NCBI GenBank assembly: GCA_030599585.1
Contig: JAUVNS010000002.1
Span: forward strand, 288,001-352,000
Length of the DNA stretch: 64,000 nucleotides
Reading direction: 5' to 3'
Source: Promethearchaeota archaeon
GTDB lineage: Archaea > Asgardarchaeota > Lokiarchaeia > Sigyniarchaeales > SOKP01
Shown here: piece by piece, positions 59,969-64,000 of the stretch
How positions within the stretch are numbered: position 1 is the stretch's first letter
Layout: each line of letters opens with the position of its first letter
The notes under the pieces: model-generated
Seen by the model: only the letters and a program-made list of their open reading frames with translations
What the model was told of the DNA's origin: nothing
Databases searched by the model: none
Position numbers and translations under genes: made by a program

Positions 59969-60751
59969 ATGGACTGGGGAATGAAAAACCGATTAGCAAG
60001 AATAATCAAACCTAAATCTGGACGATGTGTGATGCTTGCTGTCGATCATGGATATTTTGGTAATATTCCGGGGGCACTTAAGTGTTTTGGAGATTTGAAC
60101 CCTTTATTTCAACACGCTGACGCGTTAATGTTAACCAGAGGGATGCTGAGAAGCTGTGTTTCTGCTGATTTCGACATTCCAATTGTTTTAAGGGCATCAG
60201 CAGGAGCTAGTATGTTAAAGGAGCTTTCAAACGAAGAAATCAATATTACGATTGAAGAAGCTATAAGGTTAAATGTTTCAGCCATGACTTGCTCAATTTT
60301 CGTAGGAGGCGAGTACGAAAAACATAGTTTAATGAATTTGTCTAAATTAGTAAACTGGGGGCAGGAATATGGCATCCCAACATTAGCAGTCACTGCTGTT
60401 GGTAGGGAAATGGTAAGAGATCACAGATACTTAGGTATGGCAAGTAGAATGGCTGCCGAGTTAGGAGCTACTTTTGTAAAGACATATTACTGTGATGATT
60501 TTGAAAATGTTACGAGTATTTGTCCCGTACCAGTTGTTATTGCCGGTGGTAAAAAATTACCCGAAAAGGATGCCTTGCAAATGGCTAAAAACGCCATCAA
60601 TGCAGGAGCCGTAGGGGTAGACATGGGAAGGAATATTTTCCAATCAGAAAAACCTATCGGAATGATTAAAGCAGTGAGAGCTATAGTCCACGAGAACGCC
60701 TCTGTGGATGAAGCTTATGGCATTTATCAAGATGGTCCAATAGGGCTATAA
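59969..60751 (+). CDS. lsrF: LsrF-like thiolase / DhnA-type class I aldolase
   Basis: MDWGMKNRLARI, MLAVDHGYF, ELGATFVKTYY, VVIAGGKK, GVDMGRNIFQS. Confidence 0.85.
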   Translation: MDWGMKNRLARIIKPKSGRCVMLAVDHGYFGNIPGALKCFGDLNPLFQHADALMLTRGMLRSCVSADFDIPIVLRASAGASMLKELSNEEINITIEEAIRLNVSAMTCSIFVGGEYEKHSLMNLSKLVNWGQEYGIPTLAVTAVGREMVRDHRYLGMASRMAAELGATFVKTYYCDDFENVTSICPVPVVIAGGKKLPEKDALQMAKNAINAGAVGVDMGRNIFQSEKPIGMIKAVRAIVHENASVDEAYGIYQDGPIGL

Positions 60752-60800
60752 TTTTTTAGATTTTTAGTTTAAATTAAACTATATACTTTTTTTTTATTCA

Positions 60801-61760
60801 ATGACTACATCAAAAATAGATAATCTAGAGATTAGGAAGTTAACAGAAGATATATTACTTGTTCACCAGAAAAAACCTCCCTTTTATTTTTCTTGTAGTG
60901 ACGGTATTATTATTTTGCCAAAAAAAAGGAGAAATGATAGTTCAATTGTATTAGATTTAAATGTAGAACCTCAACTTGTAGATGAATTGGACGATGTTTA
61001 CGGTCCTTTTACAAATTACATATGCTCACATGGACATATGGATCATATAGCCCATGTCCATCAATGGGAGTCGCTTGGAGCTAAAATTCACGCCCCTTTT
61101 CCAGAACACGCAAATTTATTAAATCTTCGCAATTTTTATGAAGGGTTTGGCTTTTTTGAAGAAATAGATTTTTCAGTGATAAATAAGTTTGCAAAAAAAA
61201 ATGGTTATAAAGAATGTCAAGATGTTATGTCCTTCAAACCCGGTCATATTTTTAAATTTGAAGACTTAATAATTGAAACTATTCCATTAATAGGTCATTC
61301 TAAAGCTCATGTAGGCTTTTTGATCCCTGAAGAAAGATTATTTCACATAAGCTGCTTAGGTTTTGATAAAGCTAGACCTGAAAAAGATGGATTTGGTCCA
61401 TGGTACGGATTTAAAGAATGTTCTATTGAACAATATCTAATAGATATTACGCAGGCGGAGTTAATTTTCCTAGAACGGGCTAATTTCTTAACTTCTAGCC
61501 ATTCTTATATTGTAAAAAGCCCCGATAGAACTCCATTTATTTACATGAGAGAAAAAATCGCGAAAAATCAAGATCTTGTTGATAATGCAATCAAATCTCA
61601 TAACTTGACAAGTAAATCTATTGATACGATAAACTATTTACTTAGTCTAGACATTTTCTTTCCAAAAAGGAAAATGGGGGGCTATTTATTGGAAATTTAC
61701 AATTTTTGGGAATCTGGAATTATTCGTAAGCATGTCGAACGGAGTGAATTTCTTAGTTAA
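60801..61760 (+). CDS. Metallo-beta-lactamase-fold protein
   Basis: SHGHMDH, GHSKAH, SSH. Confidence 0.8.
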   Translation: MTTSKIDNLEIRKLTEDILLVHQKKPPFYFSCSDGIIILPKKRRNDSSIVLDLNVEPQLVDELDDVYGPFTNYICSHGHMDHIAHVHQWESLGAKIHAPFPEHANLLNLRNFYEGFGFFEEIDFSVINKFAKKNGYKECQDVMSFKPGHIFKFEDLIIETIPLIGHSKAHVGFLIPEERLFHISCLGFDKARPEKDGFGPWYGFKECSIEQYLIDITQAELIFLERANFLTSSHSYIVKSPDRTPFIYMREKIAKNQDLVDNAIKSHNLTSKSIDTINYLLSLDIFFPKRKMGGYLLEIYNFWESGIIRKHVERSEFLS

Positions 61761-61775
61761 TATTTGATTTAGGAG

Positions 61776-61850
61776 TTATTTATCTGGTTCGATAATAACC
61801 TTAGAAAACTCAGTAGGATGGTCCAATAGGGGTTCATTTTCCTATTTTTT
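61776..61850 (-). pseudogene. Highly decayed 3' remnant of a Zn-dehydrogenase gene
   Basis: Reads ...PTEFSKVIIEPDK*, matching ATESLKVVIEPD at 62552-62599 and ASESLKVILEPN at 63355-63402. Confidence 0.45.
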
Positions 61851-62052
61851 TAATGTTTTATTATAATTTTTTTAAGAGAAAAGAACCAAAATTTTCTTAG
61901 TTGAAATTTAGAACTGGTATATTTAAACGAAGTTTAAACTTAAAACACTTATTAGGATTATCATAAATGAGATTCCAATATTTATAAGCTAGTTAAAATT
62001 ATTATTCAAGATTATTTAATAAAAAATAATCCATAAAAAAGTGATTTAAAAA

Positions 62053-62457
62053 ATGGCTGAAGAAATATTAAAATTTACGAAGTTAACTTTTATAATCCAT
62101 TTTATAACAGGGCTTATTTTTACCATTTTGTTTTGGCTTCCAGAGATTACGGCTCCTCTTTTTGGTTTTACTTACACACCAGGATTGGGAGCTGTTACCA
62201 TGACGCTCGGTGCAACTTTCGTAGGGCTTACTGTTGGTTCACTCCTAGGAATTTTAGCTAAAGAATGGAAAGAAATAAAAATTGTAGTACTAATCGAATC
62301 ATTTTGGCTAGTTGCTAGTTTTATTTCTACTACTATTAATCTCTCTGCATATAGCGCAATGGTATACGTCTCGATGGCACTAAGCATAATTTTACTTGTG
62401 CTATTTTGCCTAACATTTTTACAGCAGGAAGATAAAATGAAACCACTATTCAAGTAG
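62053..62457 (+). CDS. 4-TM membrane protein (paralog of 62858-63265)
   Basis: EEIxKFTKLTFIIHFI...FLQQEDK shared with the paralog. Confidence 0.85.
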   Translation: MAEEILKFTKLTFIIHFITGLIFTILFWLPEITAPLFGFTYTPGLGAVTMTLGATFVGLTVGSLLGILAKEWKEIKIVVLIESFWLVASFISTTINLSAYSAMVYVSMALSIILLVLFCLTFLQQEDKMKPLFK

Positions 62458-62551
62458 ATAAGTGTCCATTTAAATTTATTTTTTTTTTATTTTTATCGTA
62501 TAATCCTTAAAAATTTGAGATAAATGTATATGTAATAAATAAATTTCTGGA

Positions 62552-62713
62552 TTATTCAACCATGTCAGGTTCAATAACAACCTTTAGAGACTCAGTAGCC
62601 TAACTAACAATTTTAAATGCATTTCCTACTTGATTTAGAGGAAATCGATGAGAATTTAAGTCGGTTATGTTAATTATTTTAGAAAATATCCACACATATG
62701 ACTCTTGGAGATT
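62552..62713 (-). pseudogene. 3' fragment of a Zn-dependent dehydrogenase paralog with an internal stop
   Basis: Translates NLQESYVWIFSKIINITDLNSHRFPLNQVGNAFKIVS*ATESLKVVIEPDMVE*, colinear with the end of 63355-64000. TAG at 62600-62602. Confidence 0.85.
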
Positions 62714-62857
62714 TTTAGAAGTTATAAATTTAATTTCTTTTTCTATTTATCCTTTCATTTCATATTAAACCGAGTATCATTAAAAGTTCAACCTTTATAT
62801 AAAAGGAAACATAAATAATCAAGATTTTACAATTTTGTAAAAAATAGTGAAGAAAAG

Positions 62858-63265
62858 ATGGTTGAAGAAATTCAAAAATTTACGAAGTTAACTTTTATAA
62901 TCCATTTTATAATTGGAATTATATTTTCAGCTCTATTTTGGTTACCTGACATTACACTTCCGCTTTTAGGAATAGTGCTCACATTAGATACTCGCACTTT
63001 GAGTTTAAGCGTAGGAGCGTTATTTACAGGATTAACTATTGGTTGTCTTCTCGGAATTTTCGCTAAAACATGGAAAGAGGTTCGAATTGTAGTAATTACA
63101 GGAATTATCTATTTATTTCTTTTACCAGTTACCAGTATTATATGCTTCAGCGCTTACGATCCAATGATGGCAATAATGATGATTGTTCAGACAGTTATTA
63201 TCTTAGCTCTTTATGTACTATCCTTTTTACAACAAGAAGATAAGTTAAAACCCATATTAAAGTAA
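62858..63265 (+). CDS. 4-TM membrane protein (paralog of 62053-62457)
   Basis: Near-identical N- and C-termini to 62053-62457. Confidence 0.85.
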   Translation: MVEEIQKFTKLTFIIHFIIGIIFSALFWLPDITLPLLGIVLTLDTRTLSLSVGALFTGLTIGCLLGIFAKTWKEVRIVVITGIIYLFLLPVTSIICFSAYDPMMAIMMIVQTVIILALYVLSFLQQEDKLKPILK

Positions 63266-63354
63266 TAGAGTTTACAATAAAATTCTTCTTTTTTTTTTAA
63301 TGAAAAACCCTAAATACTTTTAGAATTCTGTAGATTCATTAATAGAATTTTAAA

Positions 63355-64000
63355 TTATTCAACAGTATTCGGTTCTAAAATAACTTTTAATGATTCTGAT
63401 GCTTCGTTAACAATTTTAAATGCATCACCTATTTGATTTAGAGGAAATCGATGAGTTATTAAGTCTGTTACATTAATTTTTTTTGACAATATCCACACAT
63501 ATGACTCTTGGAGATCTTCAGGTGCAGCGCCGTATGAAGTTGTAATTGTTATTTCGTTCCTCCAATAATCGTTTATTGGAACCTCCAAATTGACACCAGG
63601 TCCGGGAACTGCGAAGAATATCACGGTACCTCCCGGTGCTACACAATTTAAAGCTTGCTTCGCCGCCGATAAAGCGCCTGTGCATACAATAATAATGTCA
63701 GCTAATTTATTATCATTGGTTCTCAGAAGTTTCGAAGGAATATCCTCGCTTGCATGAATTATTTCATCCGCTCCAAAATCTTGAATTTTCCTCAACCTAT
63801 AATCGTTTATATCGGTTGCAAAGACTTTTTTTGCCCCTCTAAGTTTTGCTAATTGAGCATGTAAGATTCCGGATACTCCACTTCCTAATATTAAGACTGT
63901 TAATCCTTTTTTTACATTTGCTAATCTTTGTGCTCTACAAACACAGCCAAACGGTTCAATAAATACTCCATCTTCATAGGTAACTGACTTATCTAACACA
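63355..64000 (-). CDS. Zn-dependent (MDR) alcohol/polyol dehydrogenase, 5'-truncated by the window edge
   Basis: IEPFGC, ILGSGVSG Rossmann motif, ITHRFPL, KVILEP. Confidence 0.88.
   Translation of the reverse strand, partial: VLDKSVTYEDGVFIEPFGCVCRAQRLANVKKGLTVLILGSGVSGILHAQLAKLRGAKKVFATDINDYRLRKIQDFGADEIIHASEDIPSKLLRTNDNKLADIIIVCTGALSAAKQALNCVAPGGTVIFFAVPGPGVNLEVPINDYWRNEITITTSYGAAPEDLQESYVWILSKKINVTDLITHRFPLNQIGDAFKIVNEASESLKVILEPNTVE

Noticed and set aside
876-62453. Numerous 60-220 aa ORFs antisense to or nested within the called genes (for example 36863-37390, 50411-51082, 11682-12104)
   Set aside because: Shadow ORFs of well-supported genes, with no motifs or start signals.

Overview
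AT-rich archaeal chromosomal DNA, very probably from an Asgard archaeon (Lokiarchaeia-like). This is inferred from archaeal TBP, DNA ligase and AMP phosphorylase together with gelsolin-, longin/uDENN- and LRR-type proteins. No rRNA, tRNA, CRISPR array or transposase was recognised. The ORF track misses the clearest hidden structure. A selenoprotein operon hdrA-mvhD(vhuD) at 22431-24888 (-) carries five in-frame UGA codons, all at conserved Cys positions (3 in HdrA, 2 in MvhD). It is followed by a single eukaryote-type SECIS hairpin in the 3' UTR (about 22353-22429). Other notable items: (1) several genes that apparently start at AUU behind a Shine-Dalgarno-like motif; (2) an orphan protein of five tandem HTH-like repeats fused to a probable PD-(D/E)xK-like nuclease domain; (3) a tandemly duplicated ABC ATPase plus permease-CAAX(CPBP) protease fusion; (4) an FrhB-PyrK fusion at the end of a 2-oxoacid:ferredoxin oxidoreductase operon; (5) an acetone carboxylase operon and a form IV RuBisCO-like protein; (6) a HisRS with a long N-terminal extension; (7) a DNA ligase split at an A13 run; (8) fossil 3' ends of a dehydrogenase gene that record tandem duplications near the right end. 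All protein calls come from motif recognition by eye; no database search was run.
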